From IMG/VR virus record IMGVR_UViG_3300028887_000068, positions 178,490 to 242,489 of that record: a DNA stretch of 64,000 nt; one strand, 5' to 3'. The stretch comes from a virus. Its lineage: Duplodnaviria; Heunggongvirae; Uroviricota; Caudoviricetes. The notes below the pieces were generated by a model that saw only the letters and a list, made by a program, of their open reading frames with translations, was not told where the DNA came from and did no database searches. Below are positions 38,471 through 47,420 of the stretch, piece by piece. Within the stretch, counting starts at the first letter, position 1; every line of letters begins with the position of its first letter. The translations under genes were made by a program, and so were the position numbers.

Positions 38471-39289
38471 CTATTGATTTTTGATAGCGATCTCGCTCAA
38501 CTGTTGGTATACAGAGAGCGTAATTAAATGCTTTGCTTCAATGTTAGATTGATCATTCACAGATTTGATAAGGGAATCAAATGCTGTCGGAAGCACAACC
38601 AGTTCCAACTTATCAAGAAGAATAGCGTTCTGCCATTCGTCTTCATTGTCGGCACAGTAGACTTCGAGTTCCTTGTAGAAGTCCGTAGAAGCGGTGGTTC
38701 CTTCAATCACGTCATTGACGACATCTTCAAGACAGTCAAGCAACACGAGAAGACCTGTATCTGTAGCCCCAGTATACTTCTTCTGTGCGCCGATATTCTT
38801 TCTCGAAGACTTCGATTTATATGTATTTATGAATTCCTTCTTGTGTTTGAGAATGGATTTCACGATGTAGTTAGCCAGACCTTCCTTGCGGTTAATAACA
38901 AGGAACGAGTAGAAAGCTTGAACTAGATCGGCGAAGTCAGCTCCACTTCCTTCAGTGCTACCGAAGGCATTGCTAGCTGCATCGATCCCAAAGAATTCCT
39001 TAAACTTGGTGAGAAGCCTGATGCGGATGTCATAAAGGTATTCCGTAAGGAAGTTAGCCTTATCGGTGCATCCTTGTTCTCTGGCTCTTTCCCTGAGAGC
39101 CATCACAGTGTTAGTAACGGCTGTAAGGGCATCCTCCTGAGTTTCGGTAGGAATCTTCTTCAGATCGTCCATCTGCTGAAATAGTCTCTCTTCAAGAGCC
39201 AACACATTGTCGTCCATTCGGAACTCTGAATTCCCTGTTCCGAACTCAAGATCTTCTGTATCGGTCATTAAATCGTTGTACTTGCCCAT
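38471..39289 (-). CDS. Hypothetical protein
   Basis: 272 aa; internal promoter AACTTTTCAATG at 39312-39323 within the terL 3' end. Confidence 0.7.
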   Translation of the reverse strand: MGKYNDLMTDTEDLEFGTGNSEFRMDDNVLALEERLFQQMDDLKKIPTETQEDALTAVTNTVMALRERAREQGCTDKANFLTEYLYDIRIRLLTKFKEFFGIDAASNAFGSTEGSGADFADLVQAFYSFLVINRKEGLANYIVKSILKHKKEFINTYKSKSSRKNIGAQKKYTGATDTGLLVLLDCLEDVVNDVIEGTTASTDFYKELEVYCADNEDEWQNAILLDKLELVVLPTAFDSLIKSVNDQSNIEAKHLITLSVYQQLSEIAIKNQ

Positions 39290-41234
39290 AGAACGTATCC
39301 TTCATGGTTTTCATTGAAAAGTTCGGCTCATTCCCGAAATTGAGAGAAAAGATCTTCCTCATTTTCAGGTCGTCGTGAACCACGTTTTCTTCAGAGCTAA
39401 TGATATGTTCAGTGATTGTCGTCATCTTCTCTTCCGGTACTGCAACACTCTTGCGTTCCCTGAGAGACGATGCACAGACTCTTCGCTTAAACATCTTAAA
39501 GCTATCGAACGATGCGGCATATCTGCCGATGAGCATGGACATAAGGAAGTCGTCATGAGCGCCGTTAGAATGTTCAACCTTTCCGTTGCTCTTGCGTTCC
39601 AGTGTCTTAAGCTCTTCATAGGTGAATCTAGACCGGATTGTATGCGGTTCTTCTTCAACATACATGAACAGATTAGCAATCATGATATCACGAGATCCGG
39701 AAGTAGTGTCAATACCGTAGACCTTCTGTACCTTGTTACCCTGTCCTGGGATCGGGTTATTGATAGTACGATAGAAGACTTTATTGGCAGTGACAGAACT
39801 CTCGAGCAATGTCGTAATCACGTCTAGACCATAGCTGTTTCTTTCAACCACTAAGAGCGAGTTATAGAACAGGTTACGGACTACTTCAATCAGAATTCTA
39901 GCAAACGGGATTGGGTTAATCCTATTCGAAGAGAAGTAACCCTTCTCGTGGAAATCATCAATATCAAGCATATGAATGACAGAGAAGTCAGTGCCGACAC
40001 CACCGCCAACGTCAACAGAGAGGATGACAGGATCATGGAAGTCCACTGGTTCAAGCATAGTGAACTTGTGGTTTCCTTGGTCTCCGATTCTAAGATAGGT
40101 CTCTTGTTCCTTACGGACAACAAAGTTGCTAACCCTTTCAAGACAGTCTTCGGTGAACGGAGACTTATCGGAAGAGAGCGTCCATTCAAGGTCAACTTCA
40201 CGCTTAATCTTCTGTCTATCGTACTGAAGATCACGGCACTGCTGTTCGTACCACTTTTCATCACGACCGAGTTCTCTCCATGTGAATTCAATGTGGACGA
40301 AGTTATTGGTAGATCTTTCGTAGACATAATCCCTAAGCTTGTCAGCCGGAACGTCATACATTTCTTCAGTAAAGTCACAAGCAGCTTCAATAAGGTTATG
40401 CTTAGCCCATCCGCCTTCATCAGTATCGATAGAGTTCGGCGTAGTGGTAAACATCTTGAAATGAGGCACACCATTCTTCTCAGCTTCGATAGCAGCCTGA
40501 GATACAGCCGGAGCAGCAGCTGCATAGATGATGTTATTATATTTGGCGAACGCAATTTCATCGAAGAACCAGCACGGCATCGTAAGACCACGACCAAGCT
40601 TGTCTGCTTCTTCAGGGGATGTAGCAGCTGGCATAGCCGTGATTATATTCTTCAATAGCTTGTTACGAGAGAAAGTCGTAGAAGATTCTTGGTCTTCTCT
40701 GGACTGCTTCGGTTCAATCATCCATGCCGGAATCAATTCAACGATGTTCTTGAATCTCTTAAGGTTCACTTGTGCATCGCCATATTTCTTGTTCATGAAC
40801 GTTGACTGCGTGTTTTTTGTTCCGAAGAAAAATAGCCAAGAAAATAAAGACACAGCACCGATGGTCTTACCGTGTTGACGAGGCATCAATGTGATCGTGT
40901 CTATGTTATGAAGGCTCATGTAAGTCAGAGCAAGGTTTCCGCGATGGAGATTATAGGGGATAGAGCCACCCGGAACAGGAATTCGTACTACCTCTCTAAA
41001 ATAGTACCAAGGATTTATCTTGCACTCCGTAATTATTCGAGCCTTTATCTCTGTAGAAAGTCCTTCAGCTCTAGGATCAACAAATCTTAATCCTTCATCA
41101 TACAATGCTAAGAAAAACTTGTTGTTCTTGATTCCTTTTTCCTTCAGGTATTGGTGCATCTGAAGGAAGCTGGTATTTTTAGTTAGCTGGTAGGATACTT
41201 TCCGTTGAGTGAGATCGGAAAGTTGTGCTGCCAT
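39246..41234 (-). CDS. terL: Terminase large subunit
   Basis: NPWYYFRE, Walker A PRQHGKT, Walker B FFDEIAF, TTP, nuclease motifs SVDVGGG, ERNSYG, HDD. Confidence 0.93.
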   Translation of the reverse strand: MAAQLSDLTQRKVSYQLTKNTSFLQMHQYLKEKGIKNNKFFLALYDEGLRFVDPRAEGLSTEIKARIITECKINPWYYFREVVRIPVPGGSIPYNLHRGNLALTYMSLHNIDTITLMPRQHGKTIGAVSLFSWLFFFGTKNTQSTFMNKKYGDAQVNLKRFKNIVELIPAWMIEPKQSREDQESSTTFSRNKLLKNIITAMPAATSPEEADKLGRGLTMPCWFFDEIAFAKYNNIIYAAAAPAVSQAAIEAEKNGVPHFKMFTTTPNSIDTDEGGWAKHNLIEAACDFTEEMYDVPADKLRDYVYERSTNNFVHIEFTWRELGRDEKWYEQQCRDLQYDRQKIKREVDLEWTLSSDKSPFTEDCLERVSNFVVRKEQETYLRIGDQGNHKFTMLEPVDFHDPVILSVDVGGGVGTDFSVIHMLDIDDFHEKGYFSSNRINPIPFARILIEVVRNLFYNSLLVVERNSYGLDVITTLLESSVTANKVFYRTINNPIPGQGNKVQKVYGIDTTSGSRDIMIANLFMYVEEEPHTIRSRFTYEELKTLERKSNGKVEHSNGAHDDFLMSMLIGRYAASFDSFKMFKRRVCASSLRERKSVAVPEEKMTTITEHIISSEENVVHDDLKMRKIFSLNFGNEPNFSMKTMKDTFYGQVQRFNDRYRRS

Positions 41235-41250
41235 AGATACTCCTATAGTT

Positions 41251-41281
41251 CAATAGGTAGTTAGGGCAGAACTCAATAATG
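41251..41281. promoter_or_regulatory. Back-to-back AACT-N6-TG promoters for terL and the RNAP beta fragment
   Basis: AACTACCTATTG (-, 41251-41262) and AACTCAATAATG (+, 41270-41281). Confidence 0.7.
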
Positions 41282-41294
41282 AAAAGGAGTATTT

Positions 41295-42026
41295 ATGAGT
41301 ACAGGCAAAAGAAAGAAGGTCGAAGACCTCGTGTACAGCGTGATGGATGCCCTAGACAAGACTGGTGAAAACACTGACAAGTATCGCAAGATGTTCAACA
41401 AGATGAGCGATACTCAGTTCAATACTTGGATGAGCAAGTTCTTGTCGGATCCTACAGCCAACTTTAGACTTGAAGTTCTCCCTCATAAGAACGAACCGGA
41501 ATTCGACCAGATAGAGAAAGCCCTGAAGATTCTCAATATTCCGCTAGAAGAATATGTCTATTTTCGTGACCAGAAGGATACTAACGGTAATCCGGTCAGA
41601 ACAGCTACCCGTGTTCCGGTGTTCTATCTTTCCATCAAGCGATTGGAGCAGGTCGTTACCCATAAGTCTGGTGTTACTCTCGACATTGATAAGAGAAACC
41701 AGCTTACTGGTACTGTGACTTCTGACTCCAAGGTCGCTAGAAACTCTGACGTGGAATCCTACGCTCTGTTGCTTCAGCAGAATGAAGACTCTATGAAGGA
41801 ATTGAATGGTGCTCGAAGCGACAACATGGGTGCTAAGAGAGTTCTCTATTCTAAGATTCAGGCTGACGGATTCGTTAATCTGAAAGATGTCGAAGAAGGT
41901 TCTTCTGCATTTGAAAAGGTTGCCCTCAATACCTTCGATGCTTATATGCTTGGAGCTGGTGTCAAGACCGATACCATTACGGATTCCAATCTGCTCCCAG
42001 TGTCTCTTATCCCAGACATTGACTAA
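41295..42026 (+). CDS. RNA polymerase beta extreme C-terminal fragment (probably virion RNAP)
   Basis: YLSIKRLEQVVTHK, RNSDVESYAL, MKELNGARSDNMGAK..LY..I..DG, FDAYMLGAG parallel the RpoB C-terminal LKL.H..K / RFGEME..AL / EMLT.KSDD motifs. Confidence 0.75.
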   Translation: MSTGKRKKVEDLVYSVMDALDKTGENTDKYRKMFNKMSDTQFNTWMSKFLSDPTANFRLEVLPHKNEPEFDQIEKALKILNIPLEEYVYFRDQKDTNGNPVRTATRVPVFYLSIKRLEQVVTHKSGVTLDIDKRNQLTGTVTSDSKVARNSDVESYALLLQQNEDSMKELNGARSDNMGAKRVLYSKIQADGFVNLKDVEEGSSAFEKVALNTFDAYMLGAGVKTDTITDSNLLPVSLIPDID

Positions 42027-42064
42027 CAAAAAATTCAGTATACTTGCGTATACTGAATTTAATT

Positions 42065-44860
42065 TTACGATACGAACTGGATGAAGATATCGTTCTCTTT
42101 CTTGAGGGAACGGCTTTCATTCAATACACCAAGGTTCACAGTCGGGAAAGACGGAACGAAGCCAGTGTTGCTCTGTTCACTATCCAACAGTGTCTTGTAA
42201 TCAGGATCCGGCACGATGTACTTGACATGGTCGATCCCATTGATAGACTTGATGTTGATTGAATCACAGTCCGTAATCTGATTCTCCAATTCCTTGAGAA
42301 GATTGCTAAGAGAGATTCTCTCGGTGATGAGGACATTATTGTACACGAGATTGAACAACTGCTCAGTCCAATCTCTGACAATAGTGGAGATCTTCTTTTC
42401 CACTTCCTCATCGTAACCGTTCTGACGGTCAACAACGATCTCGTAATACAGGTTCGGTTTGTAGAACTTCTGTACTTCCGTGGCTGAATCTTCTGAAGTC
42501 TTGAGCAGTTGTGCTCCCCAGAAGTTCGTACGCCCGTAGGTATTGAAGAATTTAATGTTGAGTCTGGTGTTGTTATGCAATCTCTTAGCAGCATTACGGA
42601 TTGCTTCGATAACACTCTTAAAGAGAGTCATAAAGCTATCGTAGACAGAGTTAGAGAAGAGCATACGACCACCGACAACCGGAAGCATATAGAGACATCT
42701 TGCACTGTCTTGTACGGTTGTTCCGATGGTAACAACATCGTTAAGGTTTTCGAAGAACTTGAAACCGCCATTGATAGTGCTAATAGACTTCAGACGGTAC
42801 TCATTGAGACCACGAGGGGCTTCAGAGCTGCTATTGATAGCACTAAGTTCCTTGTATTCGTTCTTATTGTCGTCGATGAGGTTGTTCTCATCTATCGGCT
42901 CCATGCAGTAGATGAAAGCTTCGGCATTGCTAAGGAAAGAAACATTCTCCAATGCAGACCACTTGCCATTGGAATCGTAAGTAGCATAGAACTGGTTTAG
43001 ACCCTTGCTCTTTACGCTCATAGTGTACTTTTCGTCGCTTTGAATACTGCCAATCTCAACAGTCGGGATAGCACATTCGAAACATCCTTCATCTTCGTTT
43101 CTCTGCATTTCAATGGCTACAAGCTTGTCGTTGGAGTCCTTGACCATAAGGAAATATCTGTTACGGGCAAGTTCACCTTCGGTCACATAAGCGTAGACAT
43201 TAATAAGCTCACCGAGCGCAGGATTCCTCTTAGCCTTAACATAGTTCACGATCGGTGTATCGACAGATTCTGAAGTGAGTGTCTTGATATAGACAGAGTA
43301 AGTCTCATCAACATTTTCGTCAAACACATAAGTATGAACCGTATCTCCGCCGTTGTCTACATAATAAGAAAATGGTGAGAAATAGATGAACTCATTGCGA
43401 TCAAGCAAACATTCCTTAATGTCTTGTATTGGGTTCGTTTCATCAATGACTTTTCCCACAGTAAGGAAGTGTTCTTCATCCACCGGAGTAGAGCTGTGCC
43501 TGTCTTCATAGCGAATAGGCATGTATGGAAGAATCTTTACTAAGGTTGTTCCATCTTGAGAAGGCGGGATCTTTACATACGGGATAGTATTAGTTTCATA
43601 CGTACAAGTATCATCGGACATCATACAGAAGGCATTGAATTCACGGGTGATGATATCATCACGTTCTTTGAATACGATAACCTTCGTCTTTTCATTTCCG
43701 ACGGAGGTACTAGCAAAATACTCGTTAAGGTCATTCTCAGATCCGAGAAGCTTTGCTCTAGTTCTATTGGTATAAATGTCCTTCTTGTGGGTCATCAGAG
43801 AATCTTCGTCAGATCCACCTGCCGGAGAAGAGAACACCCAAGAAGAAAACTCAGAAGCATAGTCAACCTTGTCTATACTGATAGCAGGAGTACCCTTAAA
43901 AGTGAAGTTACCTGCTTCGCCGTCGGTAGTAGCAACAATGAATCTAAGGTTCGTTCCATTATTCGGAATGTAAGATCTGTCGCCACGACCAAAGTAAAAC
44001 AATACGGTATCGCTGTCAAGTCTCTTCAGGAAGACACTCGGATCTTCACCTGCGCTCTTCAGAGCCGATGTAATGATCTTCAGTTCACTCCATTCGAAGC
44101 TATCATTGACACGCTGAAAGGCTGTAGCACCGACATACTTCCTTCCAAAATCAATCATGTATTTACTGATACTGGAGTTCGAGGTATCGGTATACACGTC
44201 CTCATGGTATTCATAGATGACGTTAAAGACTACAATGGAAAAAGAAATCATCGTAGCTTTTCTGGTGTCATCATAGTATTCCTTAATCGGAACATAGAAG
44301 TTGCTCTTGAAGTCGTAGACCGTATCGAACAGCGGTGTTTCGCTTGTGATAGTCATACTTCCATTAGTGATAGGAACGCTCTTATAGAGACCACGAACAC
44401 CATTGGCATTACGGCTGAAGATAAGAGAATACGGAAGTCTGAATTCCGTTTCGTCTAACTTAACAAGGAAGTCTTCTCTGTCAATGGTAAGCCAACCGTT
44501 CTCATTAGCATCAATGAGGCTGAGAAGCTTAGCCTTTTCAATTTCCATGATGATGGTACAAGAAGCCGGACGAGAAGCCTTGAGTTCAACGCCTTCAGAT
44601 TCAGCCGTGTTATAAATGGTAGACGGCATCATGGCGGTATTAAGGAAGAATTCGTTGAAGAGCATGTTTCTGTGGAACTGTGCGCTCTTAGACGAATGGG
44701 CGGCTATCTCAGTGAGATAGCCGAACATACCAAGCTTATTGGTTTCGTTAGTACCCGGAACCTGTGTGAAACACTTCTCGGCAAGCTTCATGAAAGCTTC
44801 CATAAATCCATACTGGTCATTACTTATTGTATTGAGGGCAGCATCAACTTCATTTGCCAT
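42065..44860 (-). CDS. Baseplate wedge protein (T4 gp6-like)
   Basis: GMFGYLTE..NEFFLNTA, YFGRG..YIP..G, TTDGEAGN, AGGSDEDS..K motifs. Confidence 0.78.
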   Translation of the reverse strand: MANEVDAALNTISNDQYGFMEAFMKLAEKCFTQVPGTNETNKLGMFGYLTEIAAHSSKSAQFHRNMLFNEFFLNTAMMPSTIYNTAESEGVELKASRPASCTIIMEIEKAKLLSLIDANENGWLTIDREDFLVKLDETEFRLPYSLIFSRNANGVRGLYKSVPITNGSMTITSETPLFDTVYDFKSNFYVPIKEYYDDTRKATMISFSIVVFNVIYEYHEDVYTDTSNSSISKYMIDFGRKYVGATAFQRVNDSFEWSELKIITSALKSAGEDPSVFLKRLDSDTVLFYFGRGDRSYIPNNGTNLRFIVATTDGEAGNFTFKGTPAISIDKVDYASEFSSWVFSSPAGGSDEDSLMTHKKDIYTNRTRAKLLGSENDLNEYFASTSVGNEKTKVIVFKERDDIITREFNAFCMMSDDTCTYETNTIPYVKIPPSQDGTTLVKILPYMPIRYEDRHSSTPVDEEHFLTVGKVIDETNPIQDIKECLLDRNEFIYFSPFSYYVDNGGDTVHTYVFDENVDETYSVYIKTLTSESVDTPIVNYVKAKRNPALGELINVYAYVTEGELARNRYFLMVKDSNDKLVAIEMQRNEDEGCFECAIPTVEIGSIQSDEKYTMSVKSKGLNQFYATYDSNGKWSALENVSFLSNAEAFIYCMEPIDENNLIDDNKNEYKELSAINSSSEAPRGLNEYRLKSISTINGGFKFFENLNDVVTIGTTVQDSARCLYMLPVVGGRMLFSNSVYDSFMTLFKSVIEAIRNAAKRLHNNTRLNIKFFNTYGRTNFWGAQLLKTSEDSATEVQKFYKPNLYYEIVVDRQNGYDEEVEKKISTIVRDWTEQLFNLVYNNVLITERISLSNLLKELENQITDCDSINIKSINGIDHVKYIVPDPDYKTLLDSEQSNTGFVPSFPTVNLGVLNESRSLKKENDIFIQFVS

Positions 44861-44947
44861 ATCAGCCTCTTGAATGATTTTTTCATTAGAAAGTTCCCAT
44901 AGGCAAAAAATAAAAGCTCCCTTTCGGGAGCTGGAAAATGGTCTAGC

Positions 44948-46123
44948 TTATGCCGACAACAGGATGCAGTAGTCTTTAAGCTCTTCATCCATGTCTTTAT
45001 AAGCCTGGCTGTAGTCATGACACATAGTATCAATTTCCATTCTGGGAATAAGTCTTCCTTTAGAGTCATGCTTGAGCACAACCGCAGGAAGGTTGCGATA
45101 CTTGTAAGCCGGAAGTTCCGGAGCCATTTCACAAGGCCAGACGATATACGGCGTTTCTGTGGAGTCGATAGTGCGTACATACTTCACGAACTTTTCCGGT
45201 TCTCTGATGAGATCACGGAATTTCACGATCGTACCAGAACCTACACTGAGCTGAACATGGGTGTATCCATCCTTGTCAACCCAAACCATCTTGGACTTGT
45301 TATAGCCTGCCATACGCCAGATAACCGGAATATCGCGAGTATAGAACAAGCTAAGATAAGTGTTAGAGTTACTCTTACGGAACGCATCAGCACTAGTAAA
45401 CAACGGTTCATAGTCTTTCGCATTTTCAAGATTCCTGAACAAGTCTTCTGCATTGACATCAACAATAGAAACTCGATCTCTCCAGTATCCCGCAATGTCA
45501 GTGCTTTCACCTGCAACTAGCAAGAGCAGAGTATAATCTTCATACCCCGGCTTACTAACATCAAGCGGTTCAGGCTCAAGAGTATCTTTATTGAGAGCGA
45601 AGTACCATGCTGGAACATCCATTGTATTATTGTCCGTATCCGTGATCATGATAGAATTATTTTCTGTACCTTTGATGATAGCATCAAGACATGTTCCAAC
45701 GTAGTCATAGCCTTGAGCCATCTTCTGTCTCATCTTGCTCACATAACGGAACAGAGACTTATGCTTAACAAATTTAGCAAACGGGTCTTCCTTGGCAGGT
45801 TCAACTTCTACCTTCGGGGCTTCTGGAGCAGGTGCTTCTTCCGTAGCCGGAGGAACTGCAACTAGAGCTTCTTCAGTCGGTGTTTCAGAAGCCGGAGCTT
45901 CTTCTGCAGCGGGAGTTTCTGGTGCAGGTGCTTCTTCAGCCGGAGCTTCGTCAAATTCAGGAGCTTCATCGGTAGCTTCGGGAACTGTCGTAGGGCGGAT
46001 TCCAGCTTCTTCCTCATCAAGAACATCCACTGGGCCTGTCGGAGCCGGGTCAAAGTCTGCACGGATTCCGGTATCAGCCGGAGCTTCTTCGATTTCGGCT
46101 TCTTCTACTTCATTATTCTCCAT
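44948..46123 (-). CDS. Hypothetical protein with an acidic Pro/Ala/Glu-repeat N-terminus
   Basis: EEAPA-type repeats over about 110 aa, then a globular domain. Confidence 0.7.
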   Translation of the reverse strand: MENNEVEEAEIEEAPADTGIRADFDPAPTGPVDVLDEEEAGIRPTTVPEATDEAPEFDEAPAEEAPAPETPAAEEAPASETPTEEALVAVPPATEEAPAPEAPKVEVEPAKEDPFAKFVKHKSLFRYVSKMRQKMAQGYDYVGTCLDAIIKGTENNSIMITDTDNNTMDVPAWYFALNKDTLEPEPLDVSKPGYEDYTLLLLVAGESTDIAGYWRDRVSIVDVNAEDLFRNLENAKDYEPLFTSADAFRKSNSNTYLSLFYTRDIPVIWRMAGYNKSKMVWVDKDGYTHVQLSVGSGTIVKFRDLIREPEKFVKYVRTIDSTETPYIVWPCEMAPELPAYKYRNLPAVVLKHDSKGRLIPRMEIDTMCHDYSQAYKDMDEELKDYCILLSA

Positions 46124-46241
46124 AAACTACCTCTCTGAAGAGCATATTGACTTCTTCATTCAATTCTTCCTTGGATTCCGCTTCCACTTCTTCAAATGTC
46201 TTCGGCTTTTCCTCGGTTTCTTCTGTCTGTTGTGTACTCAT
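46113..46241 (-). CDS. Small acidic protein (42 aa, not in the ORF track)
   Basis: MSTQQTEETEEKPKTFEEVEAESKEELNEEVNMLFREVVYGE; SD aagga; TATATAAAGAAATG promoter at 46267-46280. Confidence 0.55.
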   Translation of the reverse strand: MSTQQTEETEEKPKTFEEVEAESKEELNEEVNMLFREVVYGE

Positions 46242-46320
46242 TTGTTTGCTTCCTTATGGTTAAGGTCATTTCTTTATATAAAATTATCTGCCAAGCCTTT
46301 AAGCTTGGCAGATAATGTGT

Positions 46321-46628
46321 TTATGCGAGAGAGAGAATTCGTTTTGTCCACTCGGTATGTGACGGAAGTCCGAAGTACTGCTCGCCGATCTTAATATCAT
46401 TTCTCGTCATGATATAATTGGCAAGCGTAGCGGAGTACTCGATATCGTTCGTGTTATTCTTCGGAAGAATCTTCCCAAGCATCGTAGTGATAAAGAGATT
46501 CCATGCAATCTTGATGGACGGATACAGTGACGACAAGTCAGAGTCACAGACAAAGTCATAGATAAGAGTACTGACTTCACCAAGAATCTCAACACCGTTA
46601 GCGATAAGAAGATTAGGATCAGCTACAA
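46321..46628 (-). CDS. Family B DNA polymerase N-terminal subunit, exon 2
   Basis: Splicing restores KGAFVADP; contains motif A DSDLSSLYPS. Confidence 0.88.
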
Positions 46629-47420
46629 CATTATGTTACGAATGTTCGCTACACATTCTCTCTATATCTCTATAGAGTTCAGACTATATTATACGCTAAA
46701 AGCGCTCATGTCTTTCGGTCTCGCTTGAGACCTACTCCCTTACGGGATAGTCGTTGAACGTTCTCACTTTTCGCTAAGAATATTAAGCTCTCTTTCCTTC
46801 ATGGCACGATACTCAGATGCTTGTTTAAAAGCCTCTTCGTAGCCTAAATCTCTTATAGAGAAACACTTGCAGAAATGTCTATCGTTCTCATTCCACTGTG
46901 CTATAAAGAGATCAGACCTATTTCCCTGTGCCTTTTTGAAGTATACTCCTGTCCTTCCGCTAGAGTTATTTCGTGATTTTCGGCAGTTCAGATTATTCTC
47001 TGTCGAAGATACAATACGAAGATTCTCTCTTCGGTTATCAAGAGTATTGCGATTAATATGGTCAACAATATCTGTTCGTGACATGGCATTAAGGACGTAT
47101 CTATGCAACTTGCAAGTCTTTCCGTTCATTTTGCAAGCCACATAATGATTCTCATTTGTTGAATCCTTTATGTACCATTGTCTAGAAGACACTCGTTCAA
47201 GATCTTCTCTTGAGATGAGCACTTCGCCATCGATTTTGTTGCCTGTAATCACAAGCTTAACAGTCTTGCTATCTAAGATTTCAAATTTATTCATATTGAA
47301 AAGTTAGATGTAAGCTTCGCTGCTGATTGTCCAATCCCAAAGATTGTCACCATTTGGTACTTTGGGCTCTAAGGAGTTTCCAGCAATTAACATGATTTAA
47401 CGTGCGCATGTAGATTGTTT
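46629..47420 (-). ncRNA. Group I self-splicing intron (792 nt)
   Basis: 5' splice site after U (GGUGCGU) paired U.G with GCGCAC; P AAUUGCUGGAAA, Q AAUCAGCAG, R UUCAACGACUA, S AAUAUAGUCU; terminal G; in-frame exon junction. Confidence 0.92.
46764..47294 (-). CDS. Intron-encoded HNH endonuclease with a C-terminal AP2-like domain
   Basis: LHRYVL..VDHINRNTLDNRRENLR..N; NNSSGRTGVYF..FIAQW..FSI..GYEEAF..A..YR. Confidence 0.9.
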   Translation of the reverse strand: MNKFEILDSKTVKLVITGNKIDGEVLISREDLERVSSRQWYIKDSTNENHYVACKMNGKTCKLHRYVLNAMSRTDIVDHINRNTLDNRRENLRIVSSTENNLNCRKSRNNSSGRTGVYFKKAQGNRSDLFIAQWNENDRHFCKCFSIRDLGYEEAFKQASEYRAMKERELNILSEK

